This document shows, piece after piece, positions 23,731 through 38,712 of a DNA stretch of 64,000 nucleotides. The position numbers and the translations under genes are program-made. The notes under the pieces were generated by a model. It was given only the letters and a program-made list of their open reading frames with translations. It was not told where the DNA came from and ran no database searches. Numbering within the stretch: the stretch's first letter is position 1; the number at the start of each line of letters is the position of its first letter. The DNA comes from Phallusia mammillata (lineage: Eukaryota): NCBI GenBank assembly GCA_965637545.1, contig OZ281495.1:7688001-7752000 (forward strand). The letters run 5' to 3'.

Positions 23731-24957
23731 TTTGACAGAGCATATAAATGCACGTCTGGTTTTTATTTCCATTTTCAGAAAAATACTCAAAAAGTTAAAA
23801 GTTACCATGAAACCGATTATTAGGTAGGAGGCAGTGTGACGTCACATTGCCGCATTTATGACAAATTTTGGCTGACAAATGTTTGCAAGCATCAGTTTGT
23901 TGTGTGTTAAGTACTGGCATTAGAGCAGTGGTTCTTAACCTGGGAACTCCAGGGATTCGGCAACGCTGATTCAGGGGTTCGACGAAGGTCCTTTGAAGTA
24001 TAGAAATATTCGTTTTCGTCAAACTTTACGGATCTTTTGTCGCTTATAAGTAGCATTTTTTTTGCTAAATAGAAAAACACTGTACGTTTGTAACTAGGGT
24101 TTTGTATCTTTTTTGACGGAACAAAGAACATTGTGTGAATTGTTCGTAGGCAGCAAAAACTAATTACTTCATGTTTCTATGAAGTTACTAAAAATACGGA
24201 ATCAAGGCAATCCTGAAACAAGATGCTCGTATTGTGATGTCAGAACTGTGTTACCATTAAGTTTAGTGAAAAGCCGGTTATTGCGCGCATCTGCCGAGTT
24301 CCGCCGCGCGATTTCAACTTGCCATCTCTACGGACGACGAATTATGACGAGATTGGGTTCTTCCAGATTTCTATTTTCAGTGAAACGGGGTTTCACCGCA
24401 CGGTGCTGCACCGTTTCACTTGCGCACGGCCGTCAGTGTATTTAATTTCCTTTTCGTTTTGTGAATTCCAAGTCTGTAAAAGACATCAACTCTTAACCTA
24501 AAATATCAACAATATCTTGCGTACGTGATACCGTTAACTCTTGAGAAATAATGATTCCACAGCACTGTTGCCAATTTATCATTTTTTAGCACTACATTTG
24601 ACATGTTGTCAAGTTATTTAGCATTACAAATGACATCTAGCAACAAGAGTCAGAAGTTATGCGAATTGGATTCGAATAAATACTGCGCATATTATGGATC
24701 TCAGTCAAATAGTAACAAGAATTTCTACAAAAAAAGCCCGAGTGTATTTTTTATTACGATACAAAGACACAGGATAAAAAATGATGCAAAAAGGAAAAAA
24801 AAGAGCAAAACAGCAGTGGTGAGATAGTAATACAACAAGAAAAATCATTTTTTCCTTGTTTGGAAATTGTAGTGTTTGAAAAAAATCCAGTTGAATCGGG
24901 TCAGAGCCTTCTAACTCGTCAAGGCAGCCTGTGACGAACAAGTTCCGTTGAATCCGT

Positions 24958-27053
24958 TTACGATACACAGCAATTAATCCTAAATCGCTTTCGTTTTTTA
25001 CGTTTAGGCTTTTTGCTGTCGGAAGCATCTTTCAGTGTGCCATTTTGATCTTGCTCCGGAGTAACGTCCATTGATTGAATTAGAGAATCTTTCTCGACTT
25101 TGCCTTGCGATGCCTTTTCGACATCTTTAGTAGGTTTCTCGTCTATGTGCTTATTTGCAAGGACTCTATCTTCAAGAGGAACAGTTGATTTAGGTTCTTT
25201 AGCCTGAGGTTTGGAATCTACAACTGACAGCTGTGCAATGGGCCAACTCGATTGATTCTCGTTTCCAATCTTTGGCGTTAATGTGTCTTTTTCTTTTGTC
25301 GGTTGCTTGAGAGAATTTTTAGTTTCCAATTCCACCGCAGCAGTGGGCAGTTGACCGATTGCAGAATTTTGTTTCCTCGATTGATCAGCGATTTGTAGTC
25401 TTGATCTGTCTTGACTATTTAATCTGTTTTTCCATCTATGAGGTCGTGGCATGACTGGCCGACTTACTTGGGGCGTCGCGGCAAAAACAAATACCTCAGT
25501 AGTTTGTAACTTTTGTGCAGACAACTTTCGTCTGCGTGGTTTTGGTGGTGGAGTTTGTGTGCTGGAATTCCGCACTTTGACGTTTTCTGCCAGTGGTAAG
25601 ACGGAACGTGGAATATCTTGAAATCTGTTTAGGTTAAATTGTTTCGTAAACTTGACAATAGGGCGAATGTAGGTGGAAATAACAGCAGAGGGCGCCGAAG
25701 CTGTATCTTGATCACAGCGTATCGGTGGTCCTCTATGAGTTTGTCCACGTTCAGACAACTGTGGTTTGCCCCATGTCACTAAGGTTGCACCTCTTAATAC
25801 ATCTGGGTCAACGATTGTAGATTGGTTGTGCACAGGGCATTCTGGAACACATTGTATTTCTGTTCTCAAGCTGGTGGATGTTTTAGTCGTAGCAGCGTAT
25901 GGCTTCCAGGGATCAGGCCACCTTAGAACCCTTCGATACGGTTTGCTTGGTAAGGGTATAGCAGTAACTTGAACAACTTCACTTTGTTGAAGTTTATCCC
26001 CTTGAGGCTTCAATCGCGGGGTTTGGGTAGTCGAATCCCTTACAATAACAGCTGTGAGACCGATAATGAACTGCGTTTGATTGCTACTGAGTAAGTAATT
26101 GACCCGCGTCCATCCCGTGTCATTTGAAAGAACTGAATACATATTTTGCATCCATTCCGGTTTTACTACAGAAGATATTCGAGCTTTGAAAATTATTTTC
26201 CAAACTGCTGCAATCTCTTTCCCGTAAAGACCGGATTCGATGTGGGCTGAAAGCGGGCGAATTGGACGCCCTGTTTGGAACAGCACTACATCTCTCGGGT
26301 GCAACTTTATATATCTTCTGTCAACCGTCTGTGTCAAGAACCAGCTTCCTTGATTATGACTCGCTATGATGCAACCTGTTGAGAAACATTGTTTTTCGAG
26401 TTAAATTATTATAATAATCAAATATAAATATAAATGTTAGTTTAGGGATCTGCTTCTTATTTCTGAGAATATTTTTCTAACTGTGTTGTACCTTTTATGT
26501 TTTTCTTTTCGGGAGAGGATAAAGGACTACGCCCAACTGCGTTTGTTGGATCCTCCAAATTGGTTTCTATGTAACAAAGTGAAATACTAAATTTTGGCAT
26601 ACTACGAAGTAAGTGTTTTGTAAATCTTCTTAAGAAAACATACCTATAGTGGAGTTGAGCGAAACAGGAAAGTTGAAAATTCGATTTACATCTGATCCAA
26701 GATCCTATATGGGAAATTACATGGGTTAGTTAGTTATGTATTATACAATCCCAACTGGCATGATTAAAATTCATTTGAAAACATTAACGAGTGGGTAGGC
26801 CTATACTTTTTGTACTCTCAGTTAACGAATTAGTAAGATATGTCATCAACCCTTGATTACCTGCATCGATAAGGACCAAACTCTTAGGTCAAGACACCTG
26901 TAAAAAGCACAGTTGCAGATTAATGCATACATTACCCAACAACACACTTTCTGCTATCTCTTACCTCTCTTTCTCTAACCGCACTGTAGGTACAGGTATA
27001 AAAATGCCCTCCTCGTTGCCACATTTTGTCCAATACGGATATAAATTCGCCAT
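24958..27053 (-). CDS. Copy 8, intact 559-aa spliced gene
   Basis: Intact terminal ORF at 24958-26337; conserved exon offsets. Confidence 0.85.
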
Positions 27054-28280
27054 TTTGACAGAGCATATAAATGCACGTCTGGTTTTTATTTCCATTTTCA
27101 GAAAAATACTCAAAAAGTTAAAAGTTACCATGAAACCGATTATTAGGTAGGAGGCAGTGTGACGTCACATTGCCGCATTTATGACAAATTTTGGCTGACA
27201 AATGTTTGCAAGCATCAGTTTGTTGTGTGTTAAGTACTGGCATTAGAGCAGTGGTTCTTAACCTGGGAACTCCAGGGATTCGGCAACGCTGATTCAGGGG
27301 TTCGACGAAGGTCCTTTGAAGTATAGAAATATTCGTTTTCGTCAAACTTTACGGATCTTTTGTCGCTTATAAGTAGCATTTTTTTTGCTAAATAGAAAAA
27401 CACTGTACGTTTGTAACTAGGGTTTTGTATCTTTTTTGACGGAACAAAGAACATTGTGTGAATTGTTCGTAGGCAGCAAAAACTAATTACTTCATGTTTC
27501 TATGAAGTTACTAAAAATACGGAATCAAGGCAATCCTGAAACAAGATGCTCGTATTGTGATGTCAGAACTGTGTTACCATTAAGTTTAGTGAAAAGCCGG
27601 TTATTGCGCGCATCTGCCGAGTTCCGCCGCGCGATTTCAACTTGCCATCTCTACGGACGACGAATTATGACGAGATTGGGTTCTTCCAGATTTCTATTTT
27701 CAGTGAAACGGGGTTTCACCGCACGGTGCTGCACCGTTTCACTTGCGCACGGCCGTCAGTGTAATTAATTTCCTTTTCGTTTTGTGAATTCCAAGTCTGT
27801 AAAAGACATCAACTCTTAACCTAAAATATCAACAATATCTTGCGTACGTGATACCGTTAACTCTTGAGAAATAATGATTCCACAGCACTGTTGCCAATTT
27901 ATCATTTTTTAGCACTACATTTGACATGTTGTCAAGTTATTTAGCATTACAAATGACATCTAGCAACAAGAGTCAGAAGTTATGCGAATTGGATTCGAAT
28001 AAATACTGCGCATATTATGGATCTCAGTCAAATAGTAACAAGAATTTCTACAAAAAAAGCCCGAGTGTATTTTTTATTACGATACAAAGACACAGGATAA
28101 AAAATGATGCAAAAAGGAAAAAAAAGAGCAAAACAGCAGTGGTGAGATAGTAATACAACAAGAAAAATCATTTTTTCCTTGTTTGGAAATTGTAGTGTTT
28201 GAAAAAAATCCAGTTGAATCGGGTCAGAGCCTTCTAACTCGTCAAGGCAGCCTGTGACGAACAAGTTCCGTTGAATCCGT

Positions 28281-30376
28281 TTACGATACACAGCAATTAA
28301 TCCTAAATCGCTTTCGTTTTTTACGTTTAGGCTTTTTGCTGTCGGAAGCATCTTTCAGTGTGCCATTTTGATCTTGCTCCGGAGTAACGTCCATTGATTG
28401 AATTAGAGAATCTTTCTCGACTTTGCCTTGCGATGCCTTTTCGACATCTTTAGTAGGTTTCTCGTCTATGTGCTTATTTGCAAGGACTCTATCTTCAAGA
28501 GGAACAGTTGATTTAGGTTCTTTAGCCTGAGGTTTGGAATCTACAACTGACAGCTGTGCAATGGGCCAACTCGATTGATTCTCGTTTCCAATCTTTGGCG
28601 TTAATGTGTCTTTTTCTTTTGTCGGTTGCTTGAGAGAATTTTTAGTTTCCAATTCCACCGCAGCAGTGGGCAGTTGACCGATTGCAGAATTTTGTTTCCT
28701 CGATTGATCAGCGATTTGTAGTCTTGATCTGTCTTGACTATTTAATCTGTTTTTCCATCTATGAGGTCGTGGCATGACTGGCCGACTTACTTGGGGCGTC
28801 GCGGCAAAAACAAATACCTCAGTAGTTTGTAACTTTTGTGCAGACAACTTTCGTCTGCGTGGTTTTGGTGGTGGAGTTTGTGTGCTGGAATTCCGCACTT
28901 TGACGTTTTCTGCCAGTGGTAAGACGGAACGTGGAATATCTTGAAATCTGTTTAGGTTAAATTGTTTCGTAAACTTGACAATAGGGCGAATGTAGGTGGA
29001 AATAACAGCAGAGGGCGCCGAAGCTGTATCTTGATCACAGCGTATCGGTGGTCCTCTATGAGTTTGTCCACGTTCAGACAACTGTGGTTTGCCCCATGTC
29101 ACTAAGGTTGCACCTCTTAATACATCTGGGTCAACGATTGTAGATTGGTTGTGCACAGGGCATTCTGGAACACATTGTATTTCTGTTCTCAAGCTGGTGG
29201 ATGTTTTAGTCGTAGCAGCGTATGGCTTCCAGGGATCAGGCCACCTTAGAACCCTTCGATACGGTTTGCTTGGTAAGGGTATAGCAGTAACTTGAACAAC
29301 TTCACTTTGTTGAAGTTTATCCCCTTGAGGCTTCAATCGCGGGGTTTGGGTAGTCGAATCCCTTACAATAACAGCTGTGAGACCGATAATGAACTGCGTT
29401 TGATTGCTACTGAGTAAGTAATTGACCCGCGTCCATCCCGTGTCATTTGAAAGAACTGAATACATATTTTGCATCCATTCCGGTTTTACTACAGAAGATA
29501 TTCGAGCTTTGAAAATTATTTTCCAAACTGCTGCAATCTCTTTCCCGTAAAGACCGGATTCGATGTGGGCTGAAAGCGGGCGAATTGGACGCCCTGTTTG
29601 GAACAGCACTACATCTCTCGGGTGCAACTTTATATATCTTCTGTCAACCGTCTGTGTCAAGAACCAGCTTCCTTGATTATGACTCGCTATGATGCAACCT
29701 GTTGAGAAACATTGTTTTTCGAGTTAAATTATTATAATAATCAAATATAAATATAAATGTTAGTTTAGGGATCTGCTTCTTATTTCTGAGAATATTTTTC
29801 TAACTGTGTTGTACCTTTTATGTTTTTCTTTTCGGGAGAGGATAAAGGACTACGCCCAACTGCGTTTGTTGGATCCTCCAAATTGGTTTCTATGTAACAA
29901 AGTGAAATACTAAATTTTGGCATACTACGAAGTAAGTGTTTTGTAAATCTTCTTAAGAAAACATACCTATAGTGGAGTTGAGCGAAACAGGAAAGTTGAA
30001 AATTCGATTTACATCTGATCCAAGATCCTATATGGGAAATTACATGGGTTAGTTAGTTATGTATTATACAATCCCAACTGGCATGATTAAAATTCATTTG
30101 AAAACATTAACGAGTGGGTAGGCCTATACTTTTTGTACTCTCAGTTAACGAATTAGTAAGATATGTCATCAACCCTTGATTACCTGCATCGATAAGGACC
30201 AAACTCTTAGGTCAAGACACCTGTAAAAAGCACAGTTGCAGATTAATGCATACATTACCCAACAACACACTTTCTGCTATCTCTTACCTCTCTTTCTCTA
30301 ACCGCACTGTAGGTACAGGTATAAAAATGCCCTCCTCGTTGCCACATTTTGTCCAATACGGATATAAATTCGCCAT
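28281..30376 (-). CDS. Copy 9, intact 559-aa spliced gene
   Basis: Intact terminal ORF at 28281-29660; conserved exon offsets. Confidence 0.85.
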
Positions 30377-31603
30377 TTTGACAGAGCATATAAATGCACG
30401 TCTGGTTTTTATTTCCATTTTCAGAAAAATACTCAAAAAGTTAAAAGTTACCATGAAACCGATTATTAGGTAGGAGGCAGTGTGACGTCACATTGCCGCA
30501 TTTATGACAAATTTTGGCTGACAAATGTTTGCAAGCATCAGTTTGTTGTGTGTTAAGTACTGGCATTAGAGCAGTGGTTCTTAACCTGGGAACTCCAGGG
30601 ATTCGGCAACGCTGATTCAGGGGTTCGACGAAGGTCCTTTGAAGTATAGAAATATTCGTTTTCGTCAAACTTTACGGATCTTTTGTCGCTTATAAGTAGC
30701 ATTTTTTTTGCTAAATAGAAAAACACTGTACGTTTGTAACTAGGGTTTTGTATCTTTTTTGACGGAACAAAGAACATTGTGTGAATTGTTCGTAGGCAGC
30801 AAAAACTAATTACTTCATGTTTCTATGAAGTTACTAAAAATACGGAATCAAGGCAATCCCGAAACAAGATGCTCGTATTGTGATGTCAGAACTGTGTTAC
30901 CATTAAGTTTAGTGAAAAGCCGGTTATTGCGCGCATCTGCCGAGTTCCGCCGCGCGATTTCAACTTGCCATCTCTACGGACGACGAATTATGACGAGATT
31001 GGGTTCTTCCAGATTTCTATTTTCAGTGAAACGGGGTTTCACCGCACGGTGCTGCACCGTTTCACTTGCGCACGGCCGTCAGTGTATTTAATTTCCTTTT
31101 CGTTTTGTGAATTCCAAGTCTGTAAAAGACATCAACTCTTAACCTAAAATATCAACAATATCTTGCGTACGTGATACCGTTAACTCTTGAGAAATAATGA
31201 TTCCACAGCACTGTTGCCAATTTATCATTTTTTAGCACTACATTTGACATGTTGTCAAGTTATTTAGCATTACAAATGACATCTAGCAACAAGAGTCAGA
31301 AGTTATGCGAATTGGATTCGAATAAATACTGCGCATATTATGGATCTCAGTCAAATAGTAACAAGAATTTCTACAAAAAAAGCCCGAGTGTATTTTTTAT
31401 TACGATACAAAGACACAGGATAAAAAATGATGCAAAAAGGAAAAAAAAGAGCAAAACAGCAGTGGTGAGATAGTAATACAACAAGAAAAATCATTTTTTC
31501 CTTGTTTGGAAATTGTAGTGTTTGAAAAAAATCCAGTTGAATCGGGTCAGAGCCTTCTAACTCGTCAAGGCAGCCTGTGACGAACAAGTTCCGTTGAATC
31601 CGT

Positions 31604-34162
31604 TTACGATACACAGCAATTAATCCTAAATCGCTTTCGTTTTTTACGTTTAGGCTTTTTGCTGTCGGAAGCATCTTTCAGTGTGCCATTTTGATCTTGC
31701 TCCGGAGTAACGTCCATTGATTGAATTAGAGAATCTTTCTCGACTTTGCCTTGCGATGCCTTTTCGACATCTTTAGTAGGTTTCTCGTCTATGTGCTTAT
31801 TTGCAAGGACTCTATCTTCAAGAGGAACAGTTGATTTAGGTTCTTTAGCCTGAGGTTTGGAATCTACAACTGACAGCTGTGCAATGGGCCAACTCGATTG
31901 ATTCTCGTTTCCAATCTTTGGCGTTAATGTGTCTTTTTCTTTTGTCGGTTGCTTGAGAGAATTTTTAGTTTCCAATTCCACCGCAGCAGTGGGCAGTTGA
32001 CCGATTGCAGAATTTTGTTTCCTCGATTGATCAGCGATTTGTAGTCTTGATCTGTCTTGACTATTTAATCTGTTTTTCCATCTATGAGGTCGTGGCATGA
32101 CTGGCCGACTTACTTGGGGCGTCGCGGCAAAAACAAATACCTCAGTAGTTTGTAACTTTTGTGCAGACAACTTTCGTCTGCGTGGTTTTGGTGGTGGAGT
32201 TTGTGTGCTGGAATTCCGCACTTTGACGTTTTCTGCCAGTGGTAAGACGGAACGTGGAATATCTTGAAATCTGTTTAGGTTAAATTGTTTCGTAAACTTG
32301 ACAATAGGGCGAATGTAGGTGGAAATAACAGCAGAGGGCGCCGAAGCTGTATCTTGATCACAGCGTATCGGTGGTCCTCTATGAGTTTGTCCACGTTCAG
32401 ACAACTGTGGTTTGCCCCATGTCACTAAGGTTGCACCTCTTAATACATCTGGGTCAACGATTGTAGATTGGTTGTGCACAGGGCATTCTGGAACACATTG
32501 TATTTCTGTTCTCAAGCTGGTGGATGTTTTAGTCGTAGCAGCGTATGGCTTCCAGGGATCAGGCCACCTTAGAACCCTTCGATACGGTTTGCTTGGTAAG
32601 GGTATAGCAGTAACTTGAACAACTTCACTTTGTTGAAGTTTATCCCCTTGAGGCTTCAATCGCGGGGTTTGGGTAGTCGAATCCCTTACAATAACAGCTG
32701 TGAGACCGATAATGAACTGCGTTTGATTGCTACTGAGTAAGTAATTGACCCGCGTCCATCCCNNNNNNNNNNNNNNNNNNNNNNNNNNNNNNNNNNNNNN
32801 NNNNNNNNNNNNNNNNNNNNNNNNNNNNNNNNNNNNNNNNNNNNNNNNNNNNNNNNNNNNNNNNNNNNNNNNNNNNNNNNNNNNNNNNNNNNNNNNNNNN
32901 NNNNNNNNNNNNNNNNNNNNNNNNNNNNNNNNNNNNNNNNNNNNNNNNNNNNNNNNNNNNNNGTATTTCTGTTCTCAAGCTGGTGGATGTTTTAGTCGTA
33001 GCAGCGTATGGCTTCCAGGGATCAGGCCACCTTAGAACCCTTCGATACGGTTTGCTTGGTAAGGGTATAGCAGTAACTTGAACAACTTCACTTTGTTGAA
33101 GTTTATCCCCTTGAGGCTTCAATCGCGGGGTTTGGGTAGTCGAATCCCTTACAATAACAGCTGTGAGACCGATAATGAACTGCGTTTGATTGCTACTGAG
33201 TAAGTAATTGACCCGCGTCCATCCCGTGTCATTTGAAAGAACTGAATACATATTTTGCATCCATTCCGGTTTTACTACAGAAGATATTCGAGCTTTGAAA
33301 ATTATTTTCCAAACTGCTGCAATCTCTTTCCCGTAAAGACCGGATTCGATGTGGGCTGAAAGCGGGCGAATTGGACGCCCTGTTTGGAACAGCACTACAT
33401 CTCTCGGGTGCAACTTTATATATCTTCTGTCAACCGTCTGTGTCAAGAACCAGCTTCCTTGATTATGACTCGCTATGATGCAACCTGTTGAGAAACATTG
33501 TTTTTCGAGTTAAATTATTATAATAATCAAATATAAATATAAATGTTAGTTTAGGGATCTGCTTCTTATTTCTGAGAATATTTTTCTAACTGTGTTGTAC
33601 CTTTTATGTTTTTCTTTTCGGGAGAGGATAAAGGACTACGCCCAACTGCGTTTGTTGGATCCTCCAAATTGGTTTCTATGTAACAAAGTGAAATACTAAA
33701 TTTTGGCATACTACGAAGTAAGTGTTTTGTAAATCTTCTTAAGAAAACATACCTATAGTGGAGTTGAGCGAAACAGGAAAGTTGAAAATTCGATTTACAT
33801 CTGATCCAAGATCCTATATGGGAAATTACATGGGTTAGTTAGTTATGTATTATACAATCCCAACTGGCATGATTAAAATTCATTTGAAAACATTAACGAG
33901 TGGGTAGGCCTATACTTTTTGTACTCTCAGTTGACGAATTAGTAAGATATGTCATCAACCCTTGATTACCTGCATCGATAAGGACCAAACTCTTAGGTCA
34001 AGACACCTGTAAAAAGCACAGTTGCAGATTAATGCATACATTACCCAACAACACACTTTCTGCTATCTCTTACCTCTCTTTCTCTAACCGCACTGTAGGT
34101 ACAGGTATAAAAATGCCCTCCTCGTTGCCACATTTTGTCCAATACGGATATAAATTCGCCAT
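31604..34162 (-). CDS. Copy 10, split by the assembly gap: a 3' part (31604-32762) and a 5' part (32963-34162), probably from different copies
   Basis: Exon 5 sequence lies on both sides of the N run, overlapping by 263 bp; no lesion in the sequenced parts. Confidence 0.7.
32763..32962. other. Assembly gap of exactly 200 N
   Basis: N run; the 263 bp before it (32500-32762) reappear after it (32963-33225). Confidence 0.99.
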
Positions 34163-35389
34163 TTTGACAGAGCATATAAATGCACGTCTGGTTTTTATTT
34201 CCATTTTCAGAAAAATACTCAAAAAGTTAAAAGTTACCATGAAACCGATTATTAGGTAGGAGGCAGTGTGACGTCACATTGCCGCATTTATGACAAATTT
34301 TGGCTGACAAATGTTTGCAAGCATCAGTTTGTTGTGTGTTAAGTACTGGCATTAGAGCAGTGGTTCTTAACCTGGGAACTCCAGGGATTCGGCAACGCTG
34401 ATTCAGGGGTTCGACGAAGGTCCTTTGAAGTATAGAAATATTCGTTTTCGTCAAACTTTACGGATCTTTTGTCGCTTATAAGTAGCATTTTTTTTGCTAA
34501 ATAGAAAAACACTGTACGTTTGTAACTAGGGTTTTGTATCTTTTTTGACGGAACAAAGAACATTGTGTGAATTGTTCGTAGGCAGCAAAAACTAATTACT
34601 TCATGTTTCTATGAAGTTACTAAAAATACGGAATCAAGGCAATCCTGAAACAAGATGCTCGTATTGTGATGTCAGAACTGTGTTACCATTAAGTTTAGTG
34701 AAAAGCCGGTTATTGCGCGCATCTGCCGAGTTCCGCCGCGCGATTTCAACTTGCCATCTCTACGGACGACGAATTATGACGAGATTGGGTTCTTCCAGAT
34801 TTCTATTTTCAGTGAAACGGGGTTTCACCGCACGGTGCTGCACCGTTTCACTTGCGCACGGCCGTCAGTGTATTTAATTTCCTTTTCGTTTTGTGAATTC
34901 CAAGTCTGTAAAAGACATCAACTCTTAACCTAAAATATCAACAATATCTTGCGTACGTGATACCGTTAACTCTTGAGAAATAATGATTCCACAGCACTGT
35001 TGCCAATTTATCATTTTTTAGCACTACATTTGACATGTTGTCAAGTTATTTAGCATTACAAATGACATCTAGCAACAAGAGTCAGAAGTTATGCGAATTG
35101 GATTCGAATAAATACTGCGCATATTATGGATCTCAGTCAAATAGTAACAAGAATTTCTACAAAAAAAGCCCGAGTGTATTTTTTATTACGATACAAAGAC
35201 ACAGGATAAAAAATGATGCAAAAAGGAAAAAAAAGAGCAAAACAGCAGTGGTGAGATAGTAATACAACAAGAAAAATCATTTTTTCCTTGTTTGGAAATT
35301 GTAGTGTTTGAAAAAAATCCAGTTGAATCGGGTCAGAGCCTTCTAACTCGTCAAGGCAGCCTGTGACGAACAAGTTCCGTTGAATCCGT

Positions 35390-37485
35390 TTACGATACAC
35401 AGCAATTAATCCTAAATCGCTTTCGTTTTTTACGTTTAGGCTTTTTGCTGTCGGAAGCATCTTTCAGTGTGCCATTTTGATCTTGCTCCGGAGTAACGTC
35501 CATTGATTGAATTAGAGAATCTTTCTCGACTTTGCCTTGCGATGCCTTTTCGACATCTTTAGTAGGTTTCTCGTCTATGTGCTTATTTGCAAGGACTCTA
35601 TCTTCAAGAGGAACAGTTGATTTAGGTTCTTTAGCCTGAGGTTTGGAATCTACAACTGACAGCTGTGCAATGGGCCAACTCGATTGATTCTCGTTTCCAA
35701 TCTTTGGCGTTAATGTGTCTTTTTCTTTTGTCGGTTGCTTGAGAGAATTTTTAGTTTCCAATTCCACCGCAGCAGTGGGCAGTTGACCGATTGCAGAATT
35801 TTGTTTCCTCGATTGATCAGCGATTTGTAGTCTTGATCTGTCTTGACTATTTAATCTGTTTTTCCATCTATGAGGTCGTGGCATGACTGGCCGACTTACT
35901 TGGGGCGTCGCGGCAAAAACAAATACCTCAGTAGTTTGTAACTTTTGTGCAGACAACTTTCGTCTGCGTGGTTTTGGTGGTGGAGTTTGTGTGCTGGAAT
36001 TCCGCACTTTGACGTTTTCTGCCAGTGGTAAGACGGAACGTGGAATATCTTGAAATCTGTTTAGGTTAAATTGTTTCGTAAACTTGACAATAGGGCGAAT
36101 GTAGGTGGAAATAACAGCAGAGGGCGCCGAAGCTGTATCTTGATCACAGCGTATCGGTGGTCCTCTATGAGTTTGTCCACGTTCAGACAACTGTGGTTTG
36201 CCCCATGTCACTAAGGTTGCACCTCTTAATACATCTGGGTCAACGATTGTAGATTGGTTGTGCACAGGGCATTCTGGAACACATTGTATTTCTGTTCTCA
36301 AGCTGGTGGATGTTTTAGTCGTAGCAGCGTATGGCTTCCAGGGATCAGGCCACCTTAGAACCCTTCGATACGGTTTGCTTGGTAAGGGTATAGCAGTAAC
36401 TTGAACAACTTCACTTTGTTGAAGTTTATCCCCTTGAGGCTTCAATCGCGGGGTTTGGGTAGTCGAATCCCTTACAATAACAGCTGTGAGACCGATAATG
36501 AACTGCGTTTGATTGCTACTGAGTAAGTAATTGACCCGCGTCCATCCCGTGTCATTTGAAAGAACTGAATACATATTTTGCATCCATTCCGGTTTTACTA
36601 CAGAAGATATTCGAGCTTTGAAAATTATTTTCCAAACTGCTGCAATCTCTTTCCCGTAAAGACCGGATTCGATGTGGGCTGAAAGCGGGCGAATTGGACG
36701 CCCTGTTTGGAACAGCACTACATCTCTCGGGTGCAACTTTATATATCTTCTGTCAACCGTCTGTGTCAAGAACCAGCTTCCTTGATTATGACTCGCTATG
36801 ATGCAACCTGTTGAGAAACATTGTTTTTCGAGTTAAATTATTATAATAATCAAATATAAATATAAATGTTAGTTTAGGGATCTGCTTCTTATTTCTGAGA
36901 ATATTTTTCTAACTGTGTTGTACCTTTTATGTTTTTCTTTTCGGGAGAGGATAAAGGACTACGCCCAACTGCGTTTGTTGGATCCTCCAAATTGGTTTCT
37001 ATGTAACAAAGTGAAATACTAAATTTTGGCATACTACGAAGTAAGTGTTTTGTAAATCTTCTTAAGAAAACATACCTATAGTGGAGTTGAGCGAAACAGG
37101 AAAGTTGAAAATTCGATTTACATCTGATCCAAGATCCTATATGGGAAATTACATGGGTTAGTTAGTTATGTATTATACAATCCCAACTGGCATGATTAAA
37201 ATTCATTTGAAAACATTAACGAGTGGGTAGGCCTATACTTTTTGTACTCTCAGTTGACGAATTAGTAAGATATGTCATCAACCCTTGATTACCTGCATCG
37301 ATAAGGACCAAACTCTTAGGTCAAGACACCTGTAAAAAGCACAGTTGCAGATTAATGCATACATTACCCAACAACACACTTTCTGCTATCTCTTACCTCT
37401 CTTTCTCTAACCGCACTGTAGGTACAGGTATAAAAATGCCCTCCTCGTTGCCACATTTTGTCCAATACGGATATAAATTCGCCAT
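35390..37485 (-). CDS. Copy 11, intact 559-aa spliced gene
   Basis: Intact terminal ORF at 35390-36769; conserved exon offsets. Confidence 0.85.
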
Positions 37486-38712
37486 TTTGACAGAGCATAT
37501 AAATGCACGTCTGGTTTTTATTTCCATTTTCAGAAAAATACTCAAAAAGTTAAAAGTTACCATGAAACCGATTATTAGGTAGGAGGCAGTGTGACGTCAC
37601 ATTGCCGCATTTATGACAAATTTTGGCTGACAAATGTTTGCAAGCATCAGTTTGTTGTGTGTTAAGTACTGGCATTAGAGCAGTGGTTCTTAACCTGGGA
37701 ACTCCAGGGATTCGGCAACGCTGATTCAGGGGTTCGACGAAGGTCCTTTGAAGTATAGAAATATTCGTTTTCGTCAAACTTTACGGATCTTTTGTCGCTT
37801 ATAAGTAGCATTTTTTTTGCTAAATAGAAAAACACTGTACGTTTGTAACTAGGGTTTTGTATCTTTTTTGACGGAACAAAGAACATTGTGTGAATTGTTC
37901 GTAGGCAGCAAAAACTAATTACTTCATGTTTCTATGAAGTTACTAAAAATACGGAATCAAGGCAATCCTGAAACAAGATGCTCGTATTGTGATGTCAGAA
38001 CTGTGTTACCATTAAGTTTAGTGAAAAGCCGGTTATTGCGCGCATCTGCCGAGTTCCGCCGCGCGATTTCAACTTGCCATCTCTACGGACGACGAATTAT
38101 GACGAGATTGGGTTCTTCCAGATTTCTATTTTCAGTGAAACGGGGTTTCACCGCACGGTGCTGCACCGTTTCACTTGCGCACGGCCGTCAGTGTATTTAA
38201 TTTCCTTTTCGTTTTGTGAATTCCAAGTCTGTAAAAGACATCAACTCTTAACCTAAAATATCAACAATATCTTGCGTACGTGATACCGTTAACTCTTGAG
38301 AAATAATGATTCCACAGCACTGTTGCCAATTTATCATTTTTTAGCACTACATTTGACATGTTGTCAAGTTATTTAGCATTACAAATGACATCTAGCAACA
38401 AGAGTCAGAAGTTATGCGAATTGGATTCGAATAAATACTGCGCATATTATGGATCTCAGTCAAATAGTAACAAGAATTTCTACAAAAAAAGCCCGAGTGT
38501 ATTTTTTATTACGATACAAAGACACAGGATAAAAAATGATGCAAAAAGGAAAAAAAAGAGCAAAACAGCAGTGGTGAGATAGTAATACAACAAGAAAAAT
38601 CATTTTTTCCTTGTTTGGAAATTGTAGTGTTTGAAAAAAATCCAGTTGAATCGGGTCAGAGCCTTCTAACTCGTCAAGGCAGCCTGTGACGAACAAGTTC
38701 CGTTGAATCCGT

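Noticed and set aside
32730-33446. 238-aa and 96-aa ORFs containing X runs
   Set aside because: Artefacts of translating through the 200-N gap.
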